A stretch of 64,000 nt of DNA from Cystobasidiomycetes sp. EMM_F5 (taxonomy: Eukaryota): assembly GCA_051047955.1 (NCBI GenBank), contig JBPGPT010000002.1:744001-808000 (forward strand), given 5' to 3'. The stretch's first letter is position 1. Each line of letters begins with the position of its first letter. A model generated the notes under the pieces. That model worked only from the letters and a program-made list of their open reading frames with translations, did not search any database and was not told the origin of the DNA. The translations under genes and the position numbers were made by a program. Shown here one piece after another: positions 1 to 13,747 of this stretch.

Positions 1-272
1 ACCGAGACAGAGTGGGCGGTTGAGAGGCAGCACAGCAATACAACACCACTCTGCACTCTGCACTCCCTCACTCACTCACTGCCTCCCCTCTCCCACTCCC
101 CACTCTCACATTCCCCCTCCTCTCGGCTCCCTTGTTGTTTGATCGAGCATTTCCAGGTTTACAAGTCGAGTATTAACTTACTTATCGTGCAGCACTCTCA
201 CACCGCACACTGCACAACACATATACCCCCCGTCCGCCTGTCGGTCGATAGTATACCCTCCCAGCTCGATAC

Positions 273-2711
273 ATGGCAGCCTCCCAAGCCGCTGCAAAGG
301 TGGGCAAATGGAATGACAGCCAGTTTACTGTACACCCCGCTGACACACCTCTTCTTGTTCTTGTACAAAACAGCCCCGCGCACGCAGAGCCTCACGCGCA
401 CCCATGAGCAAATCACTCAGCGTAGACGAGGGCGTCTTGGCGGCAAGCAACAGCACCACCTACAACTACCCTCAGCAGGCAGCCTCGGTAGCGTCGTCGA
501 TGGTAAACAATGCCACTTCGTTCTTTGGACGACCGAGCAGCATGATGGCAAGGACATCTTCGTCGACTGCCGCTCTGAACCCCACAAACGCAACAGCAGT
601 AGGCCTCGCACATCGTATGAAGAGTGCTTCCATTTCGACGGGAAACAAGCTGGCAACGTCCAATGCGACCGCTCCGTACAAGGACATAGATGCAAAGCCA
701 AGTGTCAACAACGCAGGTCCACGGAGAGTGCTGGGTGACTTGTCCAATGCAAACAAGGTGGGTCCTGAATCATCCCCACGTACTCGCCTAACGCATCCGA
801 CAGCAAAACAATGACATACGCGGAAAGGATGGTGCCAAGGATGGGGCAGTCAAGCCAGTAGCTACGCGCGTAAGATCGACATCAAGTCTGTCTTCAAAGC
901 CCCTCGCTCCAAAATCATCGACAGCCGTATCCTCAAACAGTCTGGCTTCTGTCAGTGCCGCTTCGACTGGCTTTGTCAGTGCCCCCACCGCGCACTCGCG
1001 TACCACTTCTGCCGCTTCCAGACACTCGCACAAGTCGTCGCAGTCTTCCATTCAAGGTGTCCCGACTGAACGTGTACGCGTAAGGACCGTGTCGTCGGAT
1101 TTACAAGCCGTCTCCAACGTTCCCGGTGCTCCTCGTATCGGATCGGGATCATGGGCCAAACCTGGTCTCCACTCTAGATCGACCTCTGCTACCTCGACCC
1201 ACCAAGTCGCACACGCAAATGCACATGTCAATGTCATTGAAGACGGTCCTGATAATCTCGAAGAAGTCCTCGATACAGTCGACGAGGGTGATTCGTACAG
1301 TGTCGACAATCAGCATGGTCTAGGCATTACGGTTGCGGGACCATCATCTGAGCAAGATCAGCTAAACCATGCTCACGATGAGGAAATGTTGGATAATTCA
1401 GACAGTTCGGGTCTAAGCGTGCGACAGGACGAACAATCCTGGACTGCCGCTTCTGCTGCCGTGTCAAAGCAGGTTACTCGCAGTGGATCGTCAAATGAGA
1501 CGTTTGAGCTCGATCTCGACGCCGCACTGGATGATGTAGCTGCATCCCAGGATATTGAACAGGGTCGTCGAGCTGGACAGGCAGAGTATGACGGAATGGA
1601 AGTGGACAATCGAACAAACAAGAAGCTCAAGCGCGATAATTCCGGATTGAATGTCGTCTCTCAGCGTCCGACGACATCCCATCGCTCATCTGCGTCCAAT
1701 GGTAGATTGGCAATCACACCAGTAGACCCGGAGAATTGGTTGGTCTTGCGTGAAGAAGTACAGCGTGCAGCAGAAGTAAAGATTGCGCAGGTTCAGAGGG
1801 ACTATAAAGAGGACCTTGATGCTTGGGATATGAGCATGGTCGCAGAGTATTCTGATGAAATTTTCGCCTACATGGAAGAGCTAGAGGTGAGACGGGCAGC
1901 CTTTGTGTGTTCTTTATTCTTGCAGAGGGCTGAGGGGTGCCTTTTTCGACAGATTGCTTCGATGCCTAATCCAGTATACATGAAGGAACAAACGGAGATC
2001 GAGTGGCCAATGCGTACCACCCTCATCGACTGGCTCATGCAGGTACACATGCGATATCACATGCTTCCCGAGACGTTGTGGATCACCATCAATATTGTCG
2101 ATCGCTTCCTTTCAAACCGCGTCGTATCCCTCATCAAGCTCCAGCTCGTCGGTATCACTGCCATGTTTGTTGCGGCAAAGTATGAGGAAATCATGGCGCC
2201 CAGCGTGGATGAGTTTGTCTACATGACGGAAAACAACTATGCAAGGGAAGAGATTCTCAAGGGCGAGCGTATCGTGTTGCAGTCGCTCGAGTTTCAGATT
2301 TCGACATACTGCTCCCCATACAGCTGGGTACGGCGAATCAGCAAAGCAGACGACTATGATATCCAGACGCGTACGCTATCCAAATTTCTGATGGAGGTTA
2401 CACTTCTCGACCATCGTTTTCTGCGTGCCAAACCATCCATGGTCGCCGCTGTGGGGATGTATCTCGCTCGGCGCATGCTCGACGGAGAATGGACAGACGC
2501 ATTTATTTACTACTCCAAATATACTGAATCTCAACTCGCGACTCCTACGTCCTTTTTGCTATCGGCAATCTCGGCAGACGACTTTGAGGAACGATTCGTC
2601 TACCAGAAATATGCGAGCAAGAAGTTTTTAAAGGCTTCCATCTTTGCGCGGCAGTGGGCGAAAGCGACCCTAGAGAGCGCGACGCGCGCACACGAGCTCA
2701 GTCAGAAGTGA
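273..2711 (+). CDS. G2/M B-type cyclin; exons 273-299, 374-757, 804-1886, 1953-2711
   Basis: Destruction box RRVLGDLSN. Cyclin box MRTTLIDWL...LPETLWITINIVDRFL...KLQLVGITAMFVAAKYEE. GT..AG introns join the ORFs in frame. Confidence 0.95.
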
Positions 2712-3751
2712 TTACATGGCGCACAAATTCCAGCGGTACTCGTATCACCAAGTGTATTATTCGATTTTCCCGCTTCCTAGATGGTCTGGTATCTTTAGGA
2801 CATGACACGCAAGTCCGATCATCAGCAATCTGGCCAGATACCACTAGACCCAGCCCACCGACAAGGCACTCATGATCAAGCCCTTATGAGTGGTTGTTCA
2901 ACCCCAACAAATTCTTGCTACACATTACCAGCCATAACGACATTAACGAAGCTCGCTCTGTAGGGCGCTGAGTTACGACCTTTCCGATCCCAACCCGTTT
3001 GCAATACTCGCAGTCAGTCTTTACTGCATTCGATGGCATTCCCATCATCCGGCCTAACCTTGCCAACACGATAGTTCATGTATACCCCGAAGAAATTCAG
3101 TTGCAGTCGATGGCGTCTCGTTGCAACCCATCGCACACACGTCATATCGTACACGTCGTTCTTCGTCATTTCCTTCCCCATAGCCTATCCCTCAAGCATC
3201 ACACGCTGAGAGAGTATCTGGCTCTTTCTCAATTTCATCTATATTTGTATGATTCGATACCTTTGACGGTCCACTCGACGTCAGCTACGAGCATGCTCTC
3301 GTTCTAAGCCAGCTCACATCTGTTCTTAGCAAAGCAGGCAGAAAGAGATATACTAGAGACGCAGTGCGGAGTAAAAGGTGGTCGAGACCTTGTTTCACCC
3401 TTACACATGTTGTTTTCCTGTTCCATTGTCTATTGTTCCAAACAATCCTACCATTTCTGTCGTTCGTCTGTCTCCCGACATTGCCAAGTCTGCTTAGTAG
3501 GAGCATGCATCCACGGGCAAGCATTACGACTCGTCAAGTGATTACTTTGATCGTTGGCGCGAAACAATAGCACGCTGACAAAACCACTACTGGCTCTGCG
3601 GAAATCTGTAATCAAGCTCTCTGGAGAAATAGGATAGTGTCCTTCTGCATTGCATCAATAGGTCGTACAAAGCGCGCATGGTCTGAGATACACGATAACG
3701 CGACATAAGGAGGTTGTGTGACGGGTCTGGAAGGTCATGAGACTTGTGCGT

Positions 3752-4317
3752 TCAAGGAGTGACTGCGCAATTGATATGGAGGAGAGGAGCCTGACTCTGG
3801 AAATTGAGGACCGCGCCTTTGTAGTACTGAGTCTCGTTGGTGACGAGGCGATAGTCACCGCATGCGCCGACCGGGGTCTTCAAGAAGGCGTTGATCTTGT
3901 TGGTCTTTGGGTTGACTGCCTCTCCGTTAGTAAGCTGCGGGCAGGATTGGAACGTCAGTACTGTCTCCCAACGGACTTGCTTCGGGAAGAGGAGTACTTA
4001 CCAGGAAGGTCTTCTTGCCGTCGGTGGAGACGAGCTTGGCGGAGATGCCGTAGGTCAGGGCGTAGGTGTTTCCATAGTTGATGTTGACTGGAGTGTAGTC
4101 GACCCAGATGCCTCCGTTGCCAGTGTCGGTTGTCTGAATGGTGGTGCCCCCGGCAGGAGAGTTGTCTATTGGCAACCAGATTCATTAGCATGGTCAAGAC
4201 CGGTCAAGATGCGGGCCTACAGTAACCAGATGGTCCGACATCACGTCGCTCGGATGGTGCGGCGGACACGGCGGCGACGAGTGCGACGGTAGCGGCGGAT
4301 ACAGCGAGGAATTTCAT
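3752..4317 (-). CDS. Small secreted protein (~147 aa, 3 exons), unknown function
   Basis: Signal peptide MKFLAVSAATVALVAAVSAAPSERR. Two GT-AG introns give a continuous frame ending ...LLHINCAVTP*. Confidence 0.75.
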
Positions 4318-5186
4318 CGCGTGCGGAGAAGATTTCCCGAGTATTTCGAATTTGTGATTAAATTAGTTGAACTTTGCCTGGATGATGAGAAGAAGAAAAA
4401 GGACAGGACTGTACCCGCTGTAAGTCTGAACTTATAGCCTGTCCAGCTCCACTGGTTATAGATTGCTGTCCAGGCACTGCCCAGCATTAGCCCTAAACAT
4501 CTCGATCGCTGCCAAAGGCTGTGTCAAGGATGCATCTTCCCTGCAATGGTCAAGCAAGCACAGCGTCCTTAGAATTATTACAGGCTGTACGCGGAACAAG
4601 CGTGAGCACATTCTTGCGGATTTCCATGCAGCCCAGATTCGTATACCTGCCGAATGCTGGCCATCTGACCGCATGACGCCTAGAGGACCCTGCCATCTAC
4701 ATCCCATGGGAGGTTGCGCCGAGCTCTACCCTGCACGGCTCATGCACTGCTCGAATGTGGAAGCAATGCGCGATTATGGACGCATGTTGAATTACGGGTG
4801 GTAGCAGTATCCGTCGGGAGATACCAGTCACGGTGATGCTCGACACACTTTCGGAGGAAGGTGAGACGGAGCTCGTTCAAGAAGGTAGCTCAATCGCGAT
4901 CACGGGAGTTATCCAGCAGCGTGTAGCAGTTGGTCAGTAATAGTCAGCCTTGTAGGATGCGAGCGGTACGAGTTCAGCGGAGAGCAGATTCCCAGCCAGA
5001 ACACATCAGCGCATCGAGACGGGATTAATTTCAGCATAAATTCAGCTGTTGAGGTAGCTTTCAAAGGACAGATGCACAAAGCTTCGAGGTCGCTCAATCC
5101 TCCCAAACCCCGATCGCGTCCATCAGTGAGCGCGACAAGGTTGTGTATGATTGCGCTGTGGCATCTCCTGCGTAAAACTCTGCAAT

Positions 5187-6210
5187 ATGTCGCAAGGCTA
5201 CGCTGCGCCGTCTCACGCTGCCGTCGAGATTGAACCAGACGAAACGGATGATTTGGTCGCAATTTCAGGCGCTCAGCTGGATGGCAAGGGAAAAGGACGG
5301 GCGCAGGATAGCAGGCTGGCACCTCCGACAGCCAATGTACCGCGCAGTGCTTCACCAGCTGGGCGCGTGGGCAGCGTCTCGAATGCGAATGGCCAGAATC
5401 CGAATGACCTCAGTGGAAAGATTGGAACGAGTAGACCTCAGGCCTTGAGAACGCAGATTGGTGGGATAGCGGTGGAGACGCGGTATAGCGGGATCAATAG
5501 CTTAGACGAGAGCGTTGGAGAGAGCTTGGTGGGTAGTCAGACCATCCTTACGTTTCACCATCCGCGACACGCTGATTGGGACCTCTTCGGTACAACAGCT
5601 GCGAGACTTGCGAGCTATAGGCAACAAGCTGCTGCAAGTGTTACACCCAAACTCTGGCAACGCGGTCCTGCGGGACTGGGACCTTTGGGGACCTCTCCTC
5701 TTTACGATTACATTGGCAATCCTGCTGTCAATGGACGCTTCGCCGAAACAATCTCTATCCGTCTTCACTGGCGTGTTTGTCATTGTCAGTGTAGGCAGTG
5801 TGGTCATCACGCTGAATTGCAAGCTATTGGGCGGCAAGGTGTCCGTGTCGTCTGCTTACACTCACCTGAAATGACAACTGAAAGTCCCCCACTTCAGGTC
5901 ATTCTTGCAAAGTCTCTGCGTGTTTGGATACTGTTTATTTCCTTTGGACGTAGCAGCCATCATATCAACCTTTGTTCGCATACTCTGGGTGCGGATACCA
6001 GTATGTATCATATGCTTTGCGTGGAGCGTTTTCGGTGAGTCGCCTAGTTGAGCATGACAAGTGTTGCTCTGACATTACGTTGGAAACGCTCCGCCAGCCA
6101 TCATCAACTTTCTCGGAGGCACAAGATTAGAAAACTCTCGGGCCTTCTTGGCCGTCTACCCTGCCATTCTCCTCTTCTTCCTGCTGGCCTGGATCACTAT
6201 GCTATCGTAA
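5187..6210 (+). CDS. Yip1-domain Golgi membrane protein (Yip4/YIPF6-like), multi-exon
   Basis: SLDESVGESL|LRDLRAIGNKLLQVLHP...LRDWDLWGPLLFTITLAILL...ITLNCKLLGGK...FLQSLCVFGYCLFPL. Confidence 0.9.
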
Positions 6211-6587
6211 CGCATACAAATGAGGCTTGTAATGGCTCCATACATTCAATTGAGGCGCGCATGCCAGACTATGGATGGCGTCCGCGACTCTGACATCAAG
6301 ACTTGACTGGACCTATTGGACATGGTTCAATAGCTTCTTTTACAGCGTGCGAGGCTAGATAGTATCGCAGCAAAGGCGTGATTGAGTAGTGCGAGTCTTA
6401 CACGTCGATGTCGCAGTACGTCAATGAAAAAATGCCGCATTGTGTCACGACCAAACATTAGTGCTAGTGTGGGCGTAGAGATGTGATAGAAAGCGAGCAG
6501 GCTGCTAGACGCACAGAGGTTTCGATGCTTTTGTATGTTGTAGCGGGATTTCCTGTGTACAAGATCATCGAATTTATGCACCTACAG

Positions 6588-7370
6588 ATGTCAGAAGGGC
6601 AGTTCCAGCTTGAGCTCAGACATCTCATGTAGAGCAAGGCTGACAAGATCAAATGGCCAGCATCCGTGAAGCAGTGGAAGCCATGAGAGGTCAGTCATTG
6701 AGAGTCGACTAAAGCTTTCCCAAGCCTGATGTACGGAGTACGTGCAAGCAGGACTGGAGACGGACACCGCGTTTATCAAGACGACCTTGAGGGAGGTTCG
6801 AGCCGGACTCGCAGCTCAGAAGCAGCGGCTTGCAGATATCGCGTCGTTGAAGGAACAAGCACAAAAGAGCAATGTAGACAAGGCCACGGTGGAGAGGCTC
6901 CGCCGAGAAGCAGGGATCCTGATGAACGACTACAAGGCTTACGAAATTGTGCTCAAGAAGGAGCACGAATCTCAGCAGGCTGCCGAGTGAGCAGTAGCGT
7001 AGCGAAAGGCGCGACCGAGTGAGATCCGGCTAGTCTGACATGCTGTCAATTTTGCGACTCTTCCAGGCGTATTCGACGCAGCAGCTCTGTCGAGACCGCC
7101 GCCACTCCACCCAGAGTTGAAGATGACATCCCATTCGAGACCGAGCATGTATCAGAATTCGCAGTCGACCTAGATCGCCTCCATCAAGCAGTCATGCAGA
7201 ACATTACAGCCGGATACGAGCCTCTCATGTCCGAGGCTGAAACCCAGGAATGGCTCGACATGGTTAGAAGCCGTTATTCGCAGGCTGCAACGCCGAAAGG
7301 CGGCTCGTATGGTCGGATCTCCATTTACAGGTTTGGCTGTACCAGTAGTGGATGTCAGCCGGAATCCTGA
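6588..7370 (+). CDS. Hypothetical coiled-coil protein; exon structure uncertain
   Basis: Helical ORF 6742-6990 ends at a GTGAGC donor. Acceptor near 7066 continues in frame. No family recognised. Confidence 0.35.
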
Positions 7371-7902
7371 CGTTTGCTTCGTTCCAGATGAAAGCCGAGA
7401 GGGAGTCGCAAAGGGTGTCAGAAGAAATCGGAACGGATTTAGAGGATGAGTGGAGTCCGAGACAATCATGAACAATTAGCAGTCGCAGCCCTTCGCTTAG
7501 TAGTCTCAGTGCGTAAATTTAGCTAGGGCAGATTCGAGCTTCACTGGGTCGGCTTGTTGGATACACTGGCATTACCGAAGCCAAATTGTACCATTACTGC
7601 CGCTGTAAAAGTCCATTAAAGCCCACCACATCCATGAATAGACAGCAGACTTCCAAGACTATGTTTTCTGAACAGCTCGAAACAGCAGGCTTCCACTGTC
7701 CAAGTATGAATAACATCATAAGGCAGGGCAAACGACATTGATTTATTCCTTCGATGCATATCCAAGCAACCTGAATCTACATGAGAGGCTTAGGAGCTAG
7801 TTGTAAATTAGTTTGGTAGTTTACAGAGAGCTTGACTCGGTCCGCCCGCATATTTGGATTTATGATTGAACGATCTTTCTGGCGTTGCAAAAATAGATCA
7901 AA

Positions 7903-9974
7903 TCACTTGCTTTCGTCCTGAGGGTAATAGACAGCGCTATGAGCAGTGGTACACTGTACTTGTAGCGTGTGACGTACCTTATCATCGTATTCGCTGGAGA
8001 TGCCACTGATTCACGTGAAACATGGCCAAAGTCAGTCTAAAGGTCCAGCGAACAAGCCAGTGAAGTCGGAACAGGCTCCTAATGCTTACCCGAGCAGCAT
8101 TTTGACGATCCACAAATCTGGGCTGAGCGACTGCCCGCTCTTTCGCAGCATCTCGGCTTCCTCGGCTTCGTAGTTTGACGTGCAATCTATCAGACCACCG
8201 ATCTCGGGATGGTTATCCAGCTCCTCCAGGAACTTCTGCGCCTTCATGTCGTTACCTAGCACGGTAGATTAAGGTAATAGTTCAGATTGTTGAGTTATCA
8301 TCTAGATACAGCAAAGGACCTTGAAGACTCTGCTGAACTCACCAACTTGTGCAAATTGGAAGGAAATGGAGTCCGGTCCATAGCGAGTGCGCGCTAATTC
8401 CCGGTTTGCATTTGAGATGACCTTCACAATGGTGTATCGGTCTTCGCCAGCGGGAGCGCCGTCAGTAATGGTGATGACCTGTTCCCAAAAAAATGTAAGA
8501 CCCGAATACGGCAGTTCAATCTATGACTAGAAGACGAATGCACTGACTAGAACCGGCTTCTGTAGCCTGTTAGCACGAGCGGGTCCCAGGACGAGCGGCT
8601 GAAGGATCTTCTGATCCATTGCTGTTCCGAGTGGCGTCTATAATTGCGAGACACTTTAGGGAATAGAAGGGGCAAATGGGAGCAAGACTGACCAAGCCGC
8701 TGAAGCGGACTCGCTGCACAAGCTGTTCAGCCTGCTGCTGACTAGTAACGTTGTCTCCGTTGACTTGTGAATTCATGAAACGGACTGGGGAAGAACGCCG
8801 TCTCTTGAGCATGTGTGTAGTCCTACGTACTTTGTACTGACCTTGTATGCCATCCTGATCGAAAAGTGAGGTAGCAAAGGCAACCCGGTTGAGAATGAGT
8901 TTGAGATCATCAATACGCTCTCCGTCCTGCTCGAAAGCCATGGAACCGCTGTCGTCAACGTAAAGGATAGTATCGAACAGAGCGAGTAATGCAAGATCGC
9001 TGGCAATTTCCATCGGCATCTACAATGCATACTAATCAGCTTTCAGTTTCGAGAGGCTAGTGTGACACACCTTCCACTCTTGTGCAAGACGTGCAAGAGC
9101 ACCACTCTGCGCTACACGCTGAGCGATTGGCTCAAGCGAGCCTGGCGGGTAGAATGCCTGCAGTTTCTGATCCATGACACCGGTCTGCAGAATCTGCAGT
9201 ACGGCTTGCATATTCGGACCACCGGCCGGGGCGGGACCTGCATGCCCGCCTGGAGGACCCTGTTGCTGTTGGGCTGGAGGTTGGCCATATCCACCCTGTT
9301 GGCCATACTGCTGGGCTGGCGGCTGACCATACTGCTGTGACGGTGGCTGCTGGCCGTATTGAGACGGCGGCTGACCGTACTGTCCTGGCTGCTGGCCATA
9401 CTGCGATGGAGGTTGTCCGTATTGCTGCTGTTGCGGGGGTTGACCGTATCCACCCTGTCCTCCCTGTTGAGGCGGCTGACCGTACTGGCCTTGTCCACCA
9501 GGTGGAGCACCGGTAGGAGGTGCGTACTGGCCAGGCTGACCAGGCTTTGGCGGCTGGCCATACTATGAACAGCCGAACGTGGTCAGTCATGCGTTTCGTC
9601 GGACGTAAGGAGATTGGCGGGAAGGCAGGTCGACCATTAATTAGAATGCATACTTTTGATGCTTGTGAATGATCGTACCTGTTGCTGTTGCTGGGGCGGC
9701 TGCCCGTATTGACCGGGAGCCTGCTGGCCAGGGTATGACGATTGCTGGGCACCGCCATATTGACCAGAAGTTGGACGACCTTGCTGAGGAGGAGCTGCAG
9801 ACTGCTGCTGCTGACCAGGATAGGTAGACTGTGGTGGTGCTGCTCCAGCCGGTGGTGCTCCAGGTGCTCCTCCGCCTGCGTTTGCTGCAGCGAGCTGCAT
9901 GAAGCCACACCATGTCAGCCGTGATATCCGCCAATCTTCCAGACTTGAATGTGCACCTTTGATGCTAATCCCAT
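7903..9974 (-). CDS. Fungal VWA-domain protein with N-terminal Q/G/P/Y-rich repeats (RfeF-like), multi-exon
   Basis: Starts MGLASK|LAAANAGGG. VWA core LFDTILYVDDSGSM...TPLGTAMDQKIL...VITITDGAP...FQFAQVG. Confidence 0.85.
9285..9565 (-). repeat. Coding tandem repeat encoding (Q)YGQ(Q/P)P units
   Basis: Recurrent ctggccatactg / ctgaccgtactg / tgaccgtatcc units on the + strand. Confidence 0.75.
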
Positions 9975-10193
9975 TGTGCTTGTTTGAATTACTTTGTCGA
10001 GATTTGTATTGCTCGCTGTTGGTTTGAAGCTGGCCTCGAGTTTGAACTTTGATGATGATGCTGCCAAGCCCCTCGATTCGGCATATGAATGCGGTGCAGA
10101 CCGACGAATTGCAGAAGATGCTAGAGAGAGGCTTACGAGGATATATACAACGACAGTAGACTGATCGTATTACTGACTGACAGCCCACCTTCC

Positions 10194-11912
10194 CTACTGC
10201 TGATGACACTGCGGATGACCGCTAGAAGATTCATCGTAATCTCCCCCTTCGTCACTTCCGTCTTCGTCGTCCTCCTCGTCGTCCTCATCTACGTAGGACG
10301 CGTTACGCTGCCTGCCCCTGTTGTTATGCCCAGTGCTGGCCACGAGCCTAACTTCGTCAGTCAAAGCAGGGTGAGGTACCGCAGGTCGCTTGGGTGGTAA
10401 TGCTTGCTGTAAGTGCTGTGTACGCGCAGAACGACTCAGCTTGCAGCAACAGTGAGACGACGTTTGTACTGACACGTAGATGCTTGCTGCTCAATTCCGC
10501 CATCTCCCGTTCGGTCGGCATTTCCACCACAATGTCAACAATTAAATCTCCCTTGGTATCCGATTTACGCTTCGTGAAGCCTTCGTTGGCAATCTTGAGT
10601 ACGTCGCCCGTCTGGAAAACTCGATGTCCCGCTTCACCAGGAGCAGGCTGACTGACCAATAAACCACGCCCATCGAGGTGGATAAGCAGAAGGCGGTCAA
10701 AGCCAAGTAGAGCTTCGCTAAGAGGTAGAGTTACGGTAGTACGAAGATCGCATGATTTGGCACCATTGACAAGCCGAAATGTGTCGTGTGGTAGGATGGA
10801 GATGTCCAGTATGACATCTCCGGGAGTTTGATTTGGCTAGTCATGGCACGTCAGCTCCGTTGCATCGTGCTGAGCCAGAACACACTCACCGCCTGATCAC
10901 TCTCTCCTCGCAGTACAATTCTATCGCCATTTCGAGCACCACGCTCGAGGTATACGGACACGCTTGACTTCTGTCCCACCTTCCGCTTGCCTTTACACTT
11001 CTTGCACGCATCCTGCGGTCGGATAGTCTCACCAAGACCTTCGCAATCCGGGCATTCTTCTTCTCGCCGCATGATCATGGGCCCCATCGCTCGGTCCACC
11101 ATGACGGTACCCTGTCGTTCACTGACGCATTAAGCTTGGATTCAATTTCGGAGAGAACGCATACTTACTTGACCTTTGCAATACGTGCATTTTCTAGGCT
11201 TCGTCTTACTTTTGCAACCAGTACTATGGGATAGCCATCGTCAGCTAACGATTCTGACACCTTGGAAGCCAACCGAAACCTACCCCTTGCATGTTGTGCA
11301 TATGACCTGCTTTTCGAGCTCTATCTGAGACTCTTTGCCGGTATAAGCGTCTTCCAATGTAACGTCGTAGGGAATGATCTGGTCGCCTCCTCTGCTTTTC
11401 TTGCCAGCGGTCTTCGATTTCGAGCCTGAGCCAGATGCACCTCTCGGCGGCGCGCCTCCAAAGATGTGCGCAAAGAAGTCATCCATGTCGTGCATCCCTC
11501 CAAAATGTCCGCCATCTTCGTCATCCCAGCCAGCATTGCCAGCAAGACCGTTTAATCCCCTGGCATCGTAAATCTCTCGCTGTTCGGCATCTATAAGAAC
11601 CTCGTAGGCGCCTTGGATCTTCTGAAATAATTCATGAGAGGCGTCCGGGTTCTTATCAGGACTAATTAACAGTAATCGTTTTGCAATAATTGACCAAATT
11701 TCGTCATTTGACGCAACTCGGCAGGTCAAGAATGTAACTTACTGATACTTTTTCGCCAGACGGTGATAGGCCTTTTTGATGTCGGATTGAGTGCATGTAG
11801 CCTCTACTTCGCTAGATCAGCAATGACATGCATGTCTGTCAGTAATTTGCCTGCTGCCAGTCAGCTCCGATTGCGCGTACAGGATGTCGTAGAGCTCCCG
11901 ATGTTTTGCCAT
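10194..11912 (-). CDS. Type I DnaJ co-chaperone (Ydj1/Xdj1-like), multi-exon
   Basis: J domain (MAKHRELYDIL...PDKNP), G/F region, CxxCxGxG zinc repeats (CTTCKG, CPDCEGLG, CKKCKG), C-terminal CaaX CHQQ*. Confidence 0.92.
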
Positions 11913-12136
11913 GACGGTAATGGCTTGGTGATGGATTGTTCATATAAGCCTCAGGAGGCACATCATTATCGTCTAAGTCGCAGTTGTAACATTTTGCGTG
12001 TTGTCCGACGGAAAGAACGACACGGAACCAAGGGTTGCAACGGTGAAACGGTGTCTCACCTAAAAATTACAGCAGTTGCCAGACAGACCTTTTGCACTTT
12101 ACAACGAAGCAACTAAAAGCATTCCGTGTCCAAAAT

Positions 12137-13475
12137 CTACAGCTTGGCCTTCTTCTGACGTTCGGCTATCCTCTGCAAGTTCTTTACCACATCTGGGCCT
12201 GAGCCGTCTCCACCTTTATCGATAGCAAGATCCTTGAGCGCTTCTTGATATATGCCGTGCTTGATAACACCCCAAGCACCCGGTGCAGCTTTCGGCGCTA
12301 GTTGCAGTGCAAGCTTATTCGCAGCGTCGACCACCGCTTGTCCATCATCGGCTAGCTGGTCGACGAGTTGCGCAGATAGCGCTTGTGGACCATTGAAACG
12401 CTTGCCTTCCAGAAGGACTGAACGAAGTGTGTTGATTGACGGAATCTTGGCTCGGAGAACAGCCATCATGCCCAGCGGGATCTGTCAAGATCAGCGTTAG
12501 AAAGGGTCATGCCAGGCGCTGTAGCTCCCTGTAGCTTCAACCTACAGCTGCACCAAACTCTATTTCGTTCATGGCCCTGTGCGGGACAGCGGCCAAGTGC
12601 AGTGTAGAGGTAGCGGAGACAGAAGCGTGCGGATACAATTCAAGGTTCGATAGGCAGAGGTTCAGGACATCGTCTCTATTGATTCATGAGACACTCACAT
12701 TTCGCAAGCCTTCTTCCTATCTGGTCCCTCGTATCCCTTCATGACGCGATAGTCGTGCGCTAGAGCCAGGCACATCCCGCCCGCAAAGGCGTGTCCATTG
12801 ATGGCAGCTACTGTCGGTATAGGGAATGTCAAGAGACGAGCAAAGACAGGGTTCAAGAGGCGTGGCCAGAATGCTGGCGTTGTCATTGACAAGCCTAGAT
12901 CCAGACCTGTTTATTGTGGGCCATCAGCGGAGTTGAGATGATGGTCGCCTGCCTTGCTCACCGTTCGAGTAGAATCGATCAGCATCACGAGGACCGTAGG
13001 TAATGAGTGCAGCTTCTGTCAGTATTGACGTGGGTCAGCCTAGATCTCGCTGTGTGTGTATTGGTATATCTGTTCGAACCTCCGCCTTTTGTAAAAAGCC
13101 AAGAGTGTGAGTATTTCCAAATGCCTAAATGACTGAGGTGATTTCTCACCTCCATTAGCTCTGTCTGCGCGCCAGTCAGCTTCGATGTCCTCGAGTGCCG
13201 GCAGCAACTGAAAATTAAACGTCAGCGGGATGCAACAGGAAAGCGGCTAGGGAGCGCACTGTCTTGCGAATCAGATCTGGCGTCAGACGGTTGTCGGGTC
13301 TGCCTTTGCCTTGGAATCAGTAAATATCTTTATCGACCGGCTACTACGATATGCGCCCCGACCTGTTGGTAATCTCGAGTTCATAAATTGTAGCGGCACT
13401 GCCAGTTGAGCTGCCTGCTGCGCTGCGCTTTACAAGTGTAGCGTGTGGGTACTGCGTGCGATTTCCGAGGCTCAT
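12137..13475 (-). CDS. Crotonase-family enoyl-CoA hydratase/isomerase, peroxisomal, multi-exon
   Basis: PDNRLTPDL, FYSNGLDL, PTVAAINGHAFAGGMCLALAHDYRVM, MNEIEFGA. C-terminal PTS1 AKL*. Confidence 0.88.
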
Positions 13476-13747
13476 ACTGACCAGCTCGGATATTGCCGAG
13501 TGGACAAGGTACAGCGAGGTCAATGAATATAAAGAATATCAATCTATTGCACGACTTTAACTTGGAAGCTCTGCGTCCTGCTTGAAGACTGCAGCATAGC
13601 ACAGCATATTTACATTCCTGCTGGCCCTTTGTCGTCTCGTTTGCACAGCTGCATCGCTACAACGAGTATTGTAAATTGCTGGTCTCGCAGTCTGGCTTTC
13701 GACCTTTAACAACAAGTTACTATCCTGCACGCTCCTACCACGCTGCC

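Noticed and set aside
45..130. CACT/CT-rich low-complexity tract
   Set aside because: Ordinary pyrimidine-rich promoter or leader sequence upstream of the cyclin.
4805..4935. Short + strand coding-like stretch (IRREIPVTVMLDTL...SIAITGVIQ) vaguely like an OB fold
   Set aside because: Could not build a start-to-stop spliced model; the similarity is only an impression.
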